From Cenococcum geophilum (Eukaryota): a stretch of DNA of 64,000 nucleotides. A model generated the notes under the pieces. The model made no database searches. It was not told where the DNA came from and saw only the letters and a program-made list of their open reading frames with translations. The DNA lies in the NCBI GenBank assembly GCA_050273025.1, contig CP158635.1, positions 10,168,001 through 10,232,000 on the forward strand. Direction: 5' to 3'. Each line of letters opens with the position of its first letter. The stretch's first letter is position 1. Below, in pieces: positions 35,815-50,800 of the stretch. The translations under genes and the position numbers were made by a program.

Positions 35815-38800
35815 TTATACCCGCGTCAACGCAGCCAGCTGCGTGATACCCATATTCAAATCCTCCATACGCACCCACTCCTCGACAATCTCCCGATACA
35901 TTTTAACAATCTCCTTCATCATCTTCTCATCCATGCACCCGTCCCAGTATCCCAACTGCAGCTCTAGGCTCTTCTCACCAAGCAAAACACCCAGGACGAC
36001 GTCGAACTCAGGAGCACGTGTACCGTACAACGTGTCAAAGCCCAGCCGGGACGCGCCGGTGCTAGCTGAAGTATTGCTCGGGTAGTACCCGTTTCCACTC
36101 TCCTCGGAAGCATATTCAATTGACAGCACGGAGTTCCAAGGAAGGATGCCATCTTTCTGCTCTTTTGCACTTGCGGCGGCGACGAGGCCGTGCTGGTATG
36201 GCAGCGTCTCGAGGAAGCTCGCCTGAGTGTTCTTGAGGAGGTCGTAAGTGGTCATGGAGTTCTCGGTGCCGTTGTCAAGAGGAACATTCATACGACATGC
36301 GAGCATGTTAATCATGGGACCGACGATTTCATCGACGCCAGCGATGTCGAGCTCACGATTAGCTGTTAGGTAGCCGAAAAGTACATCGTCAGACCCGGTG
36401 AAGGCGCGCAGGACGAGGATCCAAGCGGCTTGGAACAGCGTCGCGGGCGTGAGCTGGTGCTTGCGGCAGAGTTGGGTGATGTCTGCGGCTGACACTGCTA
36501 CTTCGATTGGCACGAGGCGATTTTCCCCCTTTGAATCTCCCTTGCTGCCGGATTGAGGAATGTGGCAGGATTTGCTGTCGGAGAGATAAGTATTCCAGAA
36601 CTCGCTCGATGGTGTCATATCCTGACTTGCAAGCCACGACACATACTCACGGAAGCCTGGTGCAGGGCCTTCTGGGAGCAGGCCCTGGTATGCAAGAACG
36701 AGGTCTTGGTAGATGGTGCGAGTGGACATGCCGTCCTGCAGAGCGTGACTGATTTCGAGCTTGCAGTACAGCGCTGAAGGAGTTTGGAAAATAGTGAAGC
36801 CCACGTGTGGTTTGAATGATGAATGCGATACAGTGGTGTGCTGTTCGATAATTTCGTTGACGCTGGATTCCTCACATTTGATCACATCCACTGTAGGAAT
36901 GTACGACTTGAGAACAATTTGGTCGAATTCAGCCGGCCGGACAATGCTGGGGATGAAAACAGTTCGCAGGGCTTCATGTCGAGTAGTCACCATTCTCCAA
37001 GCATCCCGGATCTGCGCAATATCAACAGCTCCATTGTCACTGGGAGATGTGATCTTGTGCGCTGTATCTGATTGGTAGGTTCCTGGTGTCAACCTCTGGC
37101 TGACCAACATGTGTTGTTGAAGGGGCGTGCAAGGAACAATGGCTTCGACGTTGGAGAAGGGGACACGAATCTCGTGGAGTGACCTTTCGAGAATAGCAAG
37201 CTGAGAATACTCCATGGGGAGGAGAGGGAAATCGCTTAGGGTTGGCTTTCGCGCCATTGTGGCTAAGGTCCTGGTAAGATCGGGGATTGACTGCTCAGTG
37301 ATTTCGACAAGACGTGATAGTGAATCTTGGTGTGCGAGTTGACCGCTGTGTGTAAATTTGATCGTGAGCTCGCCATTTGCAACTATGGCAGAGACATTTA
37401 ATACTGCAGGAGGTTCTCCCAACTGTGGTCGTTGAATAATCTCTTCGTTTGCTCTGGAGATACTGTAGTCGGAGTATTCCAAGAGCATTTCCACGCAGCC
37501 GGGGAGTGGCTGTGTCAATGATAGGCTCGCATCATTCTGAGCGCGGGCATCCTTGAATTCGCTAAGAACTTGGATGAAGTCTTCACTGTTTGACTTCGGC
37601 AATTGACGGATACGGTTAAACTGACCGACTGTCCTAGAACTTCTCCGATCTTCTTTGATGGAAAGTGACGAGCAAGATCGGACTCCAAAGACTGTGTTCC
37701 ACGCTCTAGCGAGAACAGCAAGGATGACGTCCATAGGTTGCGTTGATAGCGCATGGTTACTGGCACCCAATAGCAAATCGGTAGTCTTGGAGGGCAAAGT
37801 GAATGACTTTTCGACCATACTCGCCATAATCTGTGCTGGGTCGGTGATTCCCCATGAGGTAAGGTCGATAGGAGTATTGGTGGCTTCGTTATCGGCGCTT
37901 GTTCCATCCGCAAGTAGCCATGCTTGAAATGGCAATGCCTTGTTGGAGGAAATGATGTCGTTGTGCAATAGGTCTTGAAGATCTTGCACGATTATATTCA
38001 TTGAGGTAATATCAGCAATCAATGGGTGGATAGTGACTGTCATGACTTGTTGGTCCGGTTGTTCGGTCAGGTTGAATAGGTGGATTGCGAATAAAGGTCC
38101 CTTCTCGATGTCCAGTTCGGCTTCCAATTTCGACAAGAATGCTTTGATGTCGCTATCCGTCGATAGTGCATGGGCTTCAAACTTATACGATGCTGTAAGC
38201 TCCTTGGTGATTACTTGGTTCCATTGACCTTTAGAGTCGCGCGTAAAACGGGCCCGGAGCATAGAGTGCTGCTGGATAAGAGCTTCGATCGCCCTGACTA
38301 GTTTCGGCACTGTGGTAGACGACGCTAGACGTAGTAGTAGAGTCTGGTTGTGCGTCTGAGTAGAATCGGTAGTAAAGGACTCAATGCATGCTTGCTGCCA
38401 TGCTGTTAACGGGAAAGACTTGTCGACAATTTCTTCAAAGGCTGCGCCTTCCTCAGAAAGGAATGTTGCCTCAATGGCCAGGTGCGATATACTCTCGCAT
38501 GTTAAGATGTCGCGGACTGTGAGCGAAATGCCCGCAGCTTGACACTTGGCCCTCAACTGCATGGCTGCGATCGAATCTCCACCGAGGTCGAGGAAAGAAC
38601 GGTTCATGTTGATGCCGGGCAAGCCAAGTACATCGATTAAGAGTTCTTGTAGACGTTTCTGCTGGACGGTTGCTGGGGCAGCCCAACTACTTTCCTCTGT
38701 ATCACCGGCGGCGATCGATTCGTAAATATGCTCTTCCATCTCTTCAACCCATTTGAGGGTAGTGACCCTGTCCATTTTGCCGTTTGGTGTTAACGGAAGC

Positions 38801-41800
38801 GCTCGGACGACCACCCACAACGCAGGCACCATATACTCAGGTACTATTGTTGCCAGATTATTGCGGACCAATGCAATCTGTACATCTGCAACACCTTTGT
38901 CTAGACCGGAAACTAATGCGAGCTGTGATTCTGGGCTCAGAGGCAAAGCGGAAGATTCCAGAGAGAGCACTGTAATCAGTCTCTTTTGAAGATATCCAGA
39001 CTTCGGGAGCAGAGCAACAGCATGCTTCACTCGTGTGTCGGCGACAAGGTGGTGTTCGATCTCGCTGAGCTCGATTCGTTGACCATGGTGTTTGACTTGA
39101 AAGTCTTTCCTGCTGATGTAACAAATCTCCCCTTCCGCACTATATCTGACAAGGTCACCGGTCTTGTACATTCGTCGGGCTGCGCCGGCCTCTCGTGCCC
39201 ATGCTGGGTTTGTGATGAAGGCTGCATCTGTCTTTCCTTTGTCGTTCAAGTATCCACGAGAAACCATCCTTCCTTCAATGACTAGTTCACCAACGCAGCC
39301 AATTGGTGCGAGCTTGTTGTGGTCGTCTGGGTCTACGATCCACATTAGACATCCAGACGGCCGACCGAGATTGGCTGGATCACTCTCGAGGGTTAGAGGA
39401 ACAGCATCCACGCAGTGAATGCTGCATTCTGTCATTCCGTAGCTGATTATGAGACGAACAACCGGAGCCCATGTCTGCACATTGTCTTGGGTGAGCAACT
39501 CTCCACCCAGAATGAGCGTTTTGAGGGTTGGGACGGTTTTTGGGTCCAGCATGCCAGCGACAGTTGGAGTCAAGAATCCATAATTGACGTTCATCCTATT
39601 GATTGCGCCGGCCAAGTCGTTGATACGCTCGTCCTCCGATGGTATGCAAATACATCCACCTCGCTGGAGGGTCGTAAAGATATCCGCGACAGAAACATCG
39701 AAAGTATACGCAGCGAACTGTAAAAGTCTGGTGTGCGGCCCAATCTTGCGGTTCGTTCCGTGAGCTCTTGAGCTGGTACAAAGTGAGCCATGCTCAACCA
39801 CGACACCCTTAGGTTTTCCCGTGCTGCCTGACGTAAAAAGCACAAATGCCGGATTTGTCGGAGAAACTTGAGGGAGTGGCGTAGCTAAGGAGAGGCGTGC
39901 AAGAAGATCTGGCTCGATCACTACAGCTTCCGCGACTCCATTGAACTGATGAGCATGGACTTTGTCTGTGAGAATGATGGTTGCCCCAGTTTCCTGTATG
40001 ATCTGTGTCATTCGTGCAATAGGCGCCGTTCTGCCAAGATGGACGCAAGCTCCTCCTGCCTTGAGCACACTCATCATGGCGACGATTGTCCACATGGACT
40101 TATCAAAGCACATTGGTACAAGGTATTCCGGTTTGACTCCTTTCTCGGCAAGGTAGACAGCTAGCTTGTCTGAGAGCCGATCGAGCTGACGATAGGTAAG
40201 ACATCCGTCCCAAGAAGAGACAGCTTCTGCATCTGGCTGGATTTTGGCCTGTTCTTGGAATATGTGGTGTACGCAGTTCTCAACATCCTGAATGTCGACC
40301 ATATTGTTCCATTCGACCACCTGCTGAAGCTCCTTCGGGTTGACAAGACCGATGTCTTTCAGAATAGTGGACGATGATACGCTGTTCAGTTGATGAACTA
40401 CATGTTCAAACTGATCCATCACTCTTCGAGCTGATGCTTCCGGTAGAGCCTTGTGATCGAAATGCAGCTCGATGTCGATCTTGCTTTCGCTCATGACCAC
40501 GCATTCTACGACGACCGCATAAGTATGGAAGCCACGGAGAAGCGACTTATCAAGAACCTCGTCGAGAAGCTCGCATTTCTGCAGATCCCCCAATGGCTGT
40601 TGAATGACAAAGAGATTCTTGAGGTTTAGCTTGTCTCCTGCCATTGCGTAGATGTTTTGGATGCCTGCATGCTCGAAAGGAATCATATCGGTGGCTTGTT
40701 GTTGAACTCTTGACAGGAAATCTGCTACGGTGGAGGTTGAGTTCACCTGAAGTTGAATAGGAACGGTGGTGATTGTAGGCCCGATTATACTCTCAATGCC
40801 TTGAATAGGTGCATTGCGTCCAGAAAGTGTGGCCGCAAATGCGACGTCTTCGGAACTCATATATCGGCCCGTTACAATAGCCCATGCCGCTCGAAGGATT
40901 GTTGAAAGCATGAAGCCTTGATTTGCATCGCGTGCGATCTCAATGGTTTTGGTAACCTCGCAGTCGGGGGATGGCTGATAGGTGGCCGAAGGAAGAGCAG
41001 GAAAGCTGTTTGGCGTACCTTGACCCAGCTGTTTGGTCCAGAAGGCTCTGCATTCTTCCGCATCTATTTCCTTTAATAACTTGATGAATTGGTTGTAGCC
41101 TGGTGCGACGCCAACTTGAGAGCCATTGTAAAGAGCTTCCAACTGTTCCATGAGGAGATTGGCACTATGTCCGTCGTAGAGAGCGTGATGAACCGTCCAG
41201 ATAAAGTAGTTATTCTCTGAGTCTAGGGCATACCGAGCAAGGGGGCTGCCGTATTTAATTGACACTAATTTGTCGCTGGCAAGGTATTCAGACAGTGGGG
41301 CTTCATGCTGCCATGAAACACTTTCCTTGAGCACCACTTGCATTGCACCCGATGCCTTGGGTAGAATGATACGAGTTCTCAAGATAGGGTGAAGTGCGAC
41401 GAGCCGTGCCCATGCATCCTTGAAGCGTTGAATATTGATGTCTTCCTGAATACGGAACACTCGTTGGGCCGTATAAGCGCTTTCGTGTTGCGTAGCAAGT
41501 TCCATGAGTCCTTCCTGAAGAGGCGTGCAAGGGTAGATGTCCTCGATCATGTCCTTCTCGACAGCGCATTGCGTTGCGGCGTCTTCAATAAGTGTGTCGA
41601 CGTTCCCGTCGCCATCGGCGGACGCTAGCTTGAATGGAGGAAGAAGAGCATTGATTGAGACAGTGCCATCTTCTAGGATGGCGGCAGCCGCCATGTCGCA
41701 CAAGGCGGGGTTTTTGAAGATATCCGCCACAATCAACTTGAAGCCTTGTGATCTTGCCATTGAAGTCAGCCGCATTGCTTTGATGGAGTCTCCACCCTTG

Positions 41801-44800
41801 TTGAAGAAGCTGTCATCAGCACCGATGGAAGCAGGATCAACGTTGAGAATTTGTGCCCAAAGCGACTGCAGGGCTATCTCCACGGGCGTTGATGGAGCGC
41901 GTTTCGAAGCGGCATCTTCTCCATTTCCAAGAGAATAAACTTCAATTTGTTCTAGGGTCAAGGCTGCGCCAATGCGTCGAAGTGTATTTCGGTCGATCTT
42001 TCCAGTTTGAGTCTCGGGCATTCGCGGGAGCGGAATATACAGAGAGGGCACCATGTATGCCTGCAAAGATCTTCCAATGAAATCTCTGAGCTGCAAGAAC
42101 TTTGAATTGAGATTCACCGATAAGGCCAATACTTCACCTCTATCGTTGTTGATATCGTCCGGCGAAGGAACAACGAAGGCAGCAAGAGCTGCTTTCTCGA
42201 CGTCGCCTCCGAGAAGAATCTTCTCGACAGCCTGTTTTTGAGCGCCGAAAGAGCTGGTTTTGACATGATGCTCGATTTCCCCTAGCTCCACTCGAAGGCC
42301 ACGAATCTTTATTTGGGTATCCTTCCGACCTAAGCAGAGCATGTCGCCATCGTTGGTGTAACGGACCAAGTCCCCGGTTTTGTAGAGTTTAGTTGGCCGA
42401 GGGCGAATTGAGGAGGCCCAGCTAGGACTATCGATGTAAGATTCCGCTGTCTTCTCTGGATTTTTCAGGTATCCCCTTGCGAGGAGTGGTCCTTCGACAA
42501 GCAGTTCACCAATGCAACCAATTGGAACTAGTCGGTCAGAATCATTTTTATCAGCAACCCAAGTCCGACAGCCTTGACCCTTTCCAATCATAGATGGCGG
42601 AGTGTCAAGTGTAGATCGAGTCATCACAGCCAGAATAGAACATTCAGCTGGGCCATAATCATTGAACAAGTTGACTCGACTGGCCCATCGGGCATGAATG
42701 TCAGCGCGAAGTGGCTCACCGCCAAGAATGATCGATTTGAGCCCCGGTACATCGTCAGGATGGAAAGTGTCTGCGACTGTTGAGACCATGATAATCCAGT
42801 CAACGTTCAGGGTATTGATAGCGCTAACTAGGTTGTTCATTCTATCGTATTCGGATGGAACGCACACACATGCACCTGACACTAGCGGTGCAAAACTCTC
42901 AAAGAGACAGATATCAAATGTGTGAGTAGCAAATTGGAGAACGCGTGAGTCTGAGTTCAACAGGATATGAGGTAGCTGGTAGTGAGCCATCGTGCAGAAT
43001 CCACGGTGCTCGATGATGACGCCCTTCGGTTTTCCAGTGCTGCCAGAAGTGAAAACGATGAATGCGGCGTTCTCGGGACTGTATTGCGGAGCATCGAAAG
43101 AGCTATAATCCTGTGGCAAAGAGTTGAGGAACGACGGTTCGATGGATAGGACATTAGGCACTATGCCATCAAAGAGATTAGCATGCTGGGGAGAGACGAG
43201 AACCACCGATGCTTCGATATCCTCGAGTATACTGAGCATTCTCGGCATGGGGTACGTTGGCAGGAGCTGTACACAGACACCACCGGTTCTCATAACGGCG
43301 AACATGGAAATAATATTCCACATAGACTTATCGAAGCACAAGCCAACTTTGGCTTCCGGGCCAACACCAAGAGAGACCAGATGGTTTGCAAGTTTCGAGG
43401 ATAGGGCATCAAGCTCCTGATAGGTGACATTGCCGTCCCAAGCGGATATGGCCTCGGCTTGCGGCCGAGTGGCGACGTTTCTGAGCACAAGGTCGGGAAT
43501 TCTAGCATTAATGCTGTCAGGAAGCACCGCATTCCAGGTGGTGATATCCTTGAGATCGTATCTGTTTAGGAAACTCAGTTCTTCTATCGGTCTGTCAAAG
43601 TCCCCGGAAAGCATTTGGACGAAATGCTCATATTGGTGAAGCATCCGTGTCATCTGATCCGTGGAAATGACATCTTCGTCATACATGGCTTCGACGTTGA
43701 ATCCTCCGTCGTTTCGCAGGTTGCATATGACAACCAACGGGTAAGTGTCAAAATTTTCTTCTAGTATTGGGAGAGGATCCATGCCCAGGAAAGACTCATC
43801 ATCGTTACCGGATGGTTGCAAGACGAAGAGATTGGTAATGCTATCAACGGCAGTTCGAGCCTCTAGGCTAACGTCTCGAATATTTTGCAGCCCGAAGTGT
43901 TCATACTCGATCGAACTAATTGATTGAGTCTGTACGGCCTCCAGAAACTGCCTAATTGTGATTCCTGATCTTGACAGCGATACTCTCACTGGAACGGTGG
44001 TGATGGTTGGGCCCATCATTGTGTCAATCCCGGGGAGCGAAAGGTTACGTCCTGAAAGAGTAGATGCGAAAATTACATTCTCGGAATCGGCATATGTTGC
44101 GAGCGTCATTACCCAGGCGGCTCTCTTGATCGTAGAAGGCATAATGTTGGAAGGAGTATCCGTAGCGGATCCTTGGTGAGTGATTGTCCTCTTTGATGCT
44201 GCTGCATAGCCGAGACCAACGACGGGAAAACTGGTAGGGAAGCTTCCTTGTGACTCAAATTGGGTCTTCCAAAAGTCAATGCATGCTGACTGGGGAACCT
44301 CACCAAGGCGACCGATAAAGGTCTTGAAGGGTGTGGAGCTTGTAATCATTTCATCGCGATAAGCTTGAGCGACTTTCTCAAAGAGCAAAGAAACGGACCA
44401 TCCATCATAAATCGCATGGTGAGCCGTCCAAACAAAATATACTTCCGGTTTTGATTCTCCAACAATCGCCAAGCGCATCAAAGCCTCCCCGTACTGAAAA
44501 GTAGACGCTTTATCTGCGGTCAGGTAAGCCTCCAAGTCAGATGCTTCTTGCCATGAGAACGGGCGCTTATGGACGACTTGAAGAGTTCCCGAGCTTGGTG
44601 TATGAACGATGCGGGTCCGCAGTATCGCCTCTTTCTCGATGACTTTTGCCCATGCTGATCGGAAATGGGAGAGGTCGAAATCGCGAGGAAATTGGAAAAC
44701 CTTTTGTGCGACGTACGCTCCCGTCTTCCTCATACCAAGAGCCATAAGACCTTCTTGAAGTGCCGAGGTGGGGTACATGTCTTCAATGTCTTCGGGCGAC

Positions 44801-47800
44801 ACGTTACATTGTGCCGCTGCCTCCGCGACCACCTTGCCCAGTGGGGAAGTATCGAGCTGAATCAGACTGAAAGGCTCGATTCCTCGGGCGGCTCTTTGAT
44901 CTCCAGACTTTTTGGCTACGGCAGCCATTTCATGCAGATTCGGATGCTTGAAGATATCGGAAACGCGGATGATGACGTTCTGCTTTCGAGCTGCAGCAAC
45001 CATTTTCATAGCTCCGACCGAGTCTCCGCCAAGACCAAAGAAATTGTCGTCTCTGCTAATTGTCTCGGCTTCAATGCTCAGGGTTTGACCGAACAGGTCT
45101 TGGAAAAGCTTTTCCATCTTAGTAGTCGGCTGGGAATTTGAGGCGCTTCGAAGCATGTAGTGCGAAACTTGGGCTTTTGAGAAACCAGATGCAATCTGCC
45201 TTAGCTTTGTGCGGTCCATCTTGCCTGACTGGGTGAAAGGAATATTGAAAATTGGCACAAAGATGGAAGGTATCATGTAGAATGGTAATATTTTAGCCAG
45301 CGAACCTTGCAAGTCTTTCAACAGCCGCCTCAAGCTATCGGTTATGTCAATGGTCTTTTGGTCTCCGCCCTTCCTTAATTGGGAGAACTCCGGTGAGCAG
45401 ATGTAAGCAATGATCGTTTTGCTCTTCGTGTGCTCCTCAATGGAAATGGCATCGATCACAGCTTGGTAACCTTCTGGCAAGAGTAACTGAACCTGATACA
45501 TGATCTCATCGAGTTCAACTCTCTGTCCGTTAATCTTGACTTGGGTGTCTCGGCGGCCAACGATTGTAATGCTACCATCGGTATTAAGAATGCCCAGGTC
45601 TCCACTCTTATAGAAGCGGCGAGGCGAAACGGAGCTGGGAAACAACGAGACCCAATCTGGATCTTCAACGAATGCAGCAGCGGTTTTGACTGGATCCTTG
45701 AGGTAACCTCGGGCTAGCAGTGGCCCTTCAATAAGAATCTCACCAGTGCAGCCAATTGGCACAAGGCGATTGGGATCATGCTCGTTGACAATCCAGACGT
45801 GAGTTCCATAAGCCGGACCAATATTTGTTGCTGCAGATGTTCTTGAGAGTCGTGTACTCGCAGTCTGATTGACTGTTGTTTCGGCAGGACCGTAAAGATT
45901 ATAGAGCTCGACATGATCCGCCCATGTTTCAACAACGTCACGATTGAGCGGTTCGCCACCGTTGTTGAGTCGTTTTAATGTCGGCACATCGGAGGGCCGT
46001 AGAAGTCCACTTACAGTAGCCGTGAGATCAGCCCAGTTTGCCCTTCGAGAGTTGATACCACCTGCGAGGTCGTTCATTCGCTCTTCGTCGGAAATCACGC
46101 AAATGGCGCCGCCCGTTTGCAGAGTCGTAAGAATGTCTTGAAGCGACACGTCAAATGTGTAGGCTGCGAACTGTAGTGCGCGCGTCTCCGGACCAAATCC
46201 AAGGACGGGTCCCATTGAAGTACAACAGGTTCGCAAATTGAAATGCTCGAGAATTATGCCTTTTGGTTTGCCCGTGGTTCCCGACGTGAATACTACAAAC
46301 GCTGCATTCGAAGGCTTGACCATTGGGCATGGATGGCTCAAGCCAAGTTCCAGCTTGCTGATAAATTCCAGGTCAACACCGAGCACGTGCTCGACATTCG
46401 GGGTTTTTTCGAAAATGCGAACATTTCTAGGTGCAGCCAAGATGATGCGTGAACCTGTTTGCTTGATGAGGCCTTCGAGCCGACTGACTGGATGCCCTGG
46501 ATCAAGAGCGACCGCGGCTCCTCCGGCTTTCAAGATTGCAAGCATCGAGATTATGGCCCATGCAGATTTCTGGAAACAGTATGGGACGATAACTTCAGGT
46601 CCCACACCAAGCGTGACAAGGTAGTGCGCAAGCCGCGTAGCTTGATTGTCAACTTGTTTGTAAGTCCAACTTCCTTCGTATGAGCATATGGCCTCTGCGT
46701 CAGGTGTCGCAAGAACTTGGGCTTCAATTGCGCTATGGATACACTCTTCGGTGGTTTCGGGGTATACAGCCGTGATTTTTCGTAGTTGGTCCAGGTGTTC
46801 AGCGCTGACGAGGTCAACTTTTCCGACTGATATCTCTGACCCCCTGACGGTCGATTCGACGGCTTTCGCAAGCGTTGCCCCAATGTTCTTCGCTTGAGCT
46901 CGTGTGAATTGCGATGTCCAAAACTGCAAAGCTACATTGATCCTGCTCTCGGTAACACCGACATCGAGAGAAAGTGCGTACTCTGTCGGATCGTAGCCTC
47001 GGATGGCTTCGACCATGATGCTCGAGTCCGTAAGCATTTCACGATCCGTTTCCCTGTGGAATGAGATAATGGTATTGAAAAGTGGCTGACTGCCCAGTTT
47101 CAAAGCGTGGTGAATCTCTGCCAGGCCACAGTGCTGGTTTGGCAGAGCGCGTGTCAGATCGTCCGCGACCTTTTCGAGGGCATCTGATAGGGACACCGAG
47201 TCATCCAGTACCATGCGACTGACAAGCATTGTAATGAACGCCCCCACACCCTCTTCAATACCACTTAATGGCGCGTCTCGACCAGATGAGAGATATCCGA
47301 AGCATACATCCTCTGAGCCTGAGTACTTTCGGAGGACGAGGCCCCATGCTAACTGGAAAATGTTTACCAAAGTAACATTCCTGTCAGTGCAGAAGTCAGT
47401 CAGGTCTGACGGGGTCATGCCGACGTCAATGGTGACGGTTTCGAGCCTGCTTTGCGGATCACTTGCGTCTTCCCAAGGGGCCATAATGGGAAAGAAGCAA
47501 GGATTGACATCTACCAGGTAGTCTTTCCAGAAATCAATGGCTAAGCTCAAAGGACGGCTGAGGACATGCTTGATATATTCTTCGAAGGCGAAGCCATTTC
47601 GGTCACTGATCCGCCCATCGTATGCCTGGATGAAATCTCCAAGAATGTTTGCTATGGAAGAGCCATCGATAATAGCATGGTTGATTTCCAGCTTACAAAT
47701 GGCGACATTTGCAGAAACATGACAGATCGTGAATCGATGCAGGGATTCACCGGTTGCGAAGGCGAGTTGGTCTTGCGAATCGAAAACTTGGTCCACTTCA

Positions 47801-50800
47801 TCCTGCTGGCATCCTTGAATGTGAATCTTTGGATTGATTGTTTTCAGCACGACCTGGTCATAAAGGCCTGCTTGGCTGACACTTTCCACGAAGACGGTTC
47901 GTAGAGACGTGTGACGCTGGACGACCTTCCCCCAAGCCATTTTCAGAGTTTCCACATCTAGAATGTCAGAAGGATTTCTTGTTTCGACCTTGAGGGTGTG
48001 GTTGTATTCATAGCACCCTTGCGATTCTGATCGGACTTGGCTGATCAATAAGCCATTTTGCATCGGAGAGCAGGAATATATACTCTCAACTTGCTCGAAG
48101 TTTGAAATGCCAATTTCTGGCAATTTTGAGTATATGAGGTTGTTGAGATCACCGTAGGACAGTCGCAGCAGCGGGAAGTCCGCTAGTGTTAACTCCTGTC
48201 GGCGGTTTTGCAACTGTTGAAGGCTGTCGACGAGGCACAACTCGCAGTTCTTGATCCATGATTGCAGCAAGTCCTGGTTCTTCATGATCTTGTTGAACAC
48301 AAATAGCAGTTGCATTTGGCCTTGTATGACCTCGGCCGTGATTTCCACCAGGGCAAAACGAGGCGCCTCCTTACCAACATCTTCGAAAATCGCCTGGTAT
48401 CCAGGGACTTGTGTTAGAAGTGCGTCTGAACGTTCCATTTGCTGATAGAGGCCCAAATAATCGAAAGACAGCTCGACATGATCGTGGTCGTGAAATTTTG
48501 CCATTCCGGCTTCGTTAAGATATCGGGAAGCAAAATACGGTCGGCCGTTTCCAGGAACACTGCGTCGAACGTCTTTGGCACGCTTGACAAAGTCCAAGAT
48601 TCCGAAGCCCTCTTCAACGCCGACATAGAGAGGATACATTGTCGTGAACCATCCCACTGTACTGGAAATATCGATGTCTTCATCCCACGGTTCACGGCCG
48701 TGGCCTTCTCGAAACAGGGCCGGCACTGGGCGGTCGCTGAATACTTGACTGAAAGAGTAGATAAGAGATGCCAGAAGCAAATCAATCGGCTCCGTATTGA
48801 AAGTTGAATGGCAAGTTCCCTCAAGAAGCTCCTTGGTAGTTGCCGGATCCAGAGTGAAAGTCAGTTCCTGTGTGTCACACATGCGATTTGGTTTGCTTGA
48901 CATTCCCCAGTAGTCGAAATCAGGTTTGGGGATGTCAAATGGCAGAGCATAGGACATATCCGTCGCCTGACTCTCGTGCTCCGATTGCAATGCTAGCCAG
49001 TTTTGGAATGGCAGAGGTTTCTCCGAGGTCAACAGGCCTATGGTTAGTATCTCTTCCAGATCTCGGAGAATCACACGCCATGATACAAGGTCGATCATGA
49101 GGTGGTGGGCAACGAGGAAGAGATACTGACCCTCCGACGACGTGTTGAACAGAGCAACCGCAAAAACGGGTCCTTTCTGTGTATCTAATGACGTTTGCAT
49201 AGCAGCCATGAGCGGAAAAGCGTCTTTTGCTGTTTCGATTGCATGTACCGCAAAGTTGAACGAATCATCGACTTGGGAGGGAACAAGTTGCATCCACTTC
49301 CCACTTTCATCTTGTAAGAAGCGGACACGAAGCATAGAATGCTGGACAACTAAGAGTTCAACTGCCTTAGCGAGACTTGTTTCGGATATTGGCCGTTCCA
49401 CTTTCAGGTAGAAGCTTTGATTGAATCGTGTCTGCCGGGCATCATCGATTTCAGCTGGTGCAATATCGAAATACATTCTTTGCACGGGTGATAGATCGAA
49501 TGGGACATCGAATTTCTCCTCGGTCGAATAAGCCGTCTCGCTCGCGGACTTGACGCAGTACGATAATTCGGTGATGGATTTGCTTCTGAGTATGTCCTTG
49601 ACGCTGACAGCGAGTCCTGCGCTTCTGCATCTGGACATAACTTGCATCGCAGTGATAGAGTCACCTCCAAGACTAAGGAATGACTTCTGAAGGCTGATGT
49701 TCTCCACAGGAAGGTTGAGAACGGTGGAATAAATTGATCGGAGATGCTCCTCGATGCTTGACGATTCCTCGGCAGCCGGTGCGTCTTCAAGGTCGACGCC
49801 GACAATTTCGCGATACAAGCTATTGTCCGCTTCCAAGATCCAGTTGCTGACAAGGGAGCGATTGAGCTTTCCAGAGATTAACAGTGGAAACCTCTCCAGA
49901 ACGACCCATGTCTCGGGAACCATATATTCAGGAACATTTGACTTCAAATTCTCCCGAATAGATTGAAGATGTCGCTGTACATCCTCTTGATGCATGTCCT
50001 GGAGAACATGCACTGTAGATTCCACAGACTCTGAGCTTTCTGATAGGAAATCCACAAGCGACACCAATGCGACAAGACGATTCTGAAACAACCCAGTCTT
50101 GGGAAGGATGACCATTCGATGGCGGACTTGCGGGTGTACTCCAATGTGATGCTCGATCTCTCCTAATTCGATGCGCAATCCTCGCAGTTTCACCTGGGTA
50201 TCTTTTCGGCCAATAAAGTATATCGATCCATCGGGCAGAAATTTGGCAAGATCGCCTGTCTTATAAAGTCTTCTCTTTTGTCCAGATTTTGTCGTTGGAC
50301 CCCATGCCGGACATTCAATGAAGACCTCGTCGGTTTTCTCCTTGTTTTTTAGATATCCGCGGGCAAGTATTGGCCCTTCGATCAGAAGTTCGCCAACTGT
50401 ATTCGGCGGAAGTAATACGTCATGATCATCTGCATCAACAACCCAGCAGATACCTCCGACTGGATATCCAATATTTGCAGGATCAGTATCAGGCGTCATT
50501 TCGGTGTTTCCAGATGCTGCAATTGAGCACTCGCTGGGTCCGTATCCGTTCACAAGCTGTACGTGGCCGGCCCAGGTTTCCACGTCTACTTTCGAAAGAG
50601 GCTCCCCTCCTAAGGCAAGGGTCTCAAGAGTTGGGACCATGCTTGGAACCATAAGCTTCACCAGCGAAGGCGTCATGAACGTCCAGGTAATTCGATATTC
50701 ATTTACTATGTGGGCTGGGCCATTTGCCATCATGGCCATGGCAGGAGTACAAATGCAGGCGCCATGGATCAGGGACGTGAGAATCTCGAGGATACTGACG

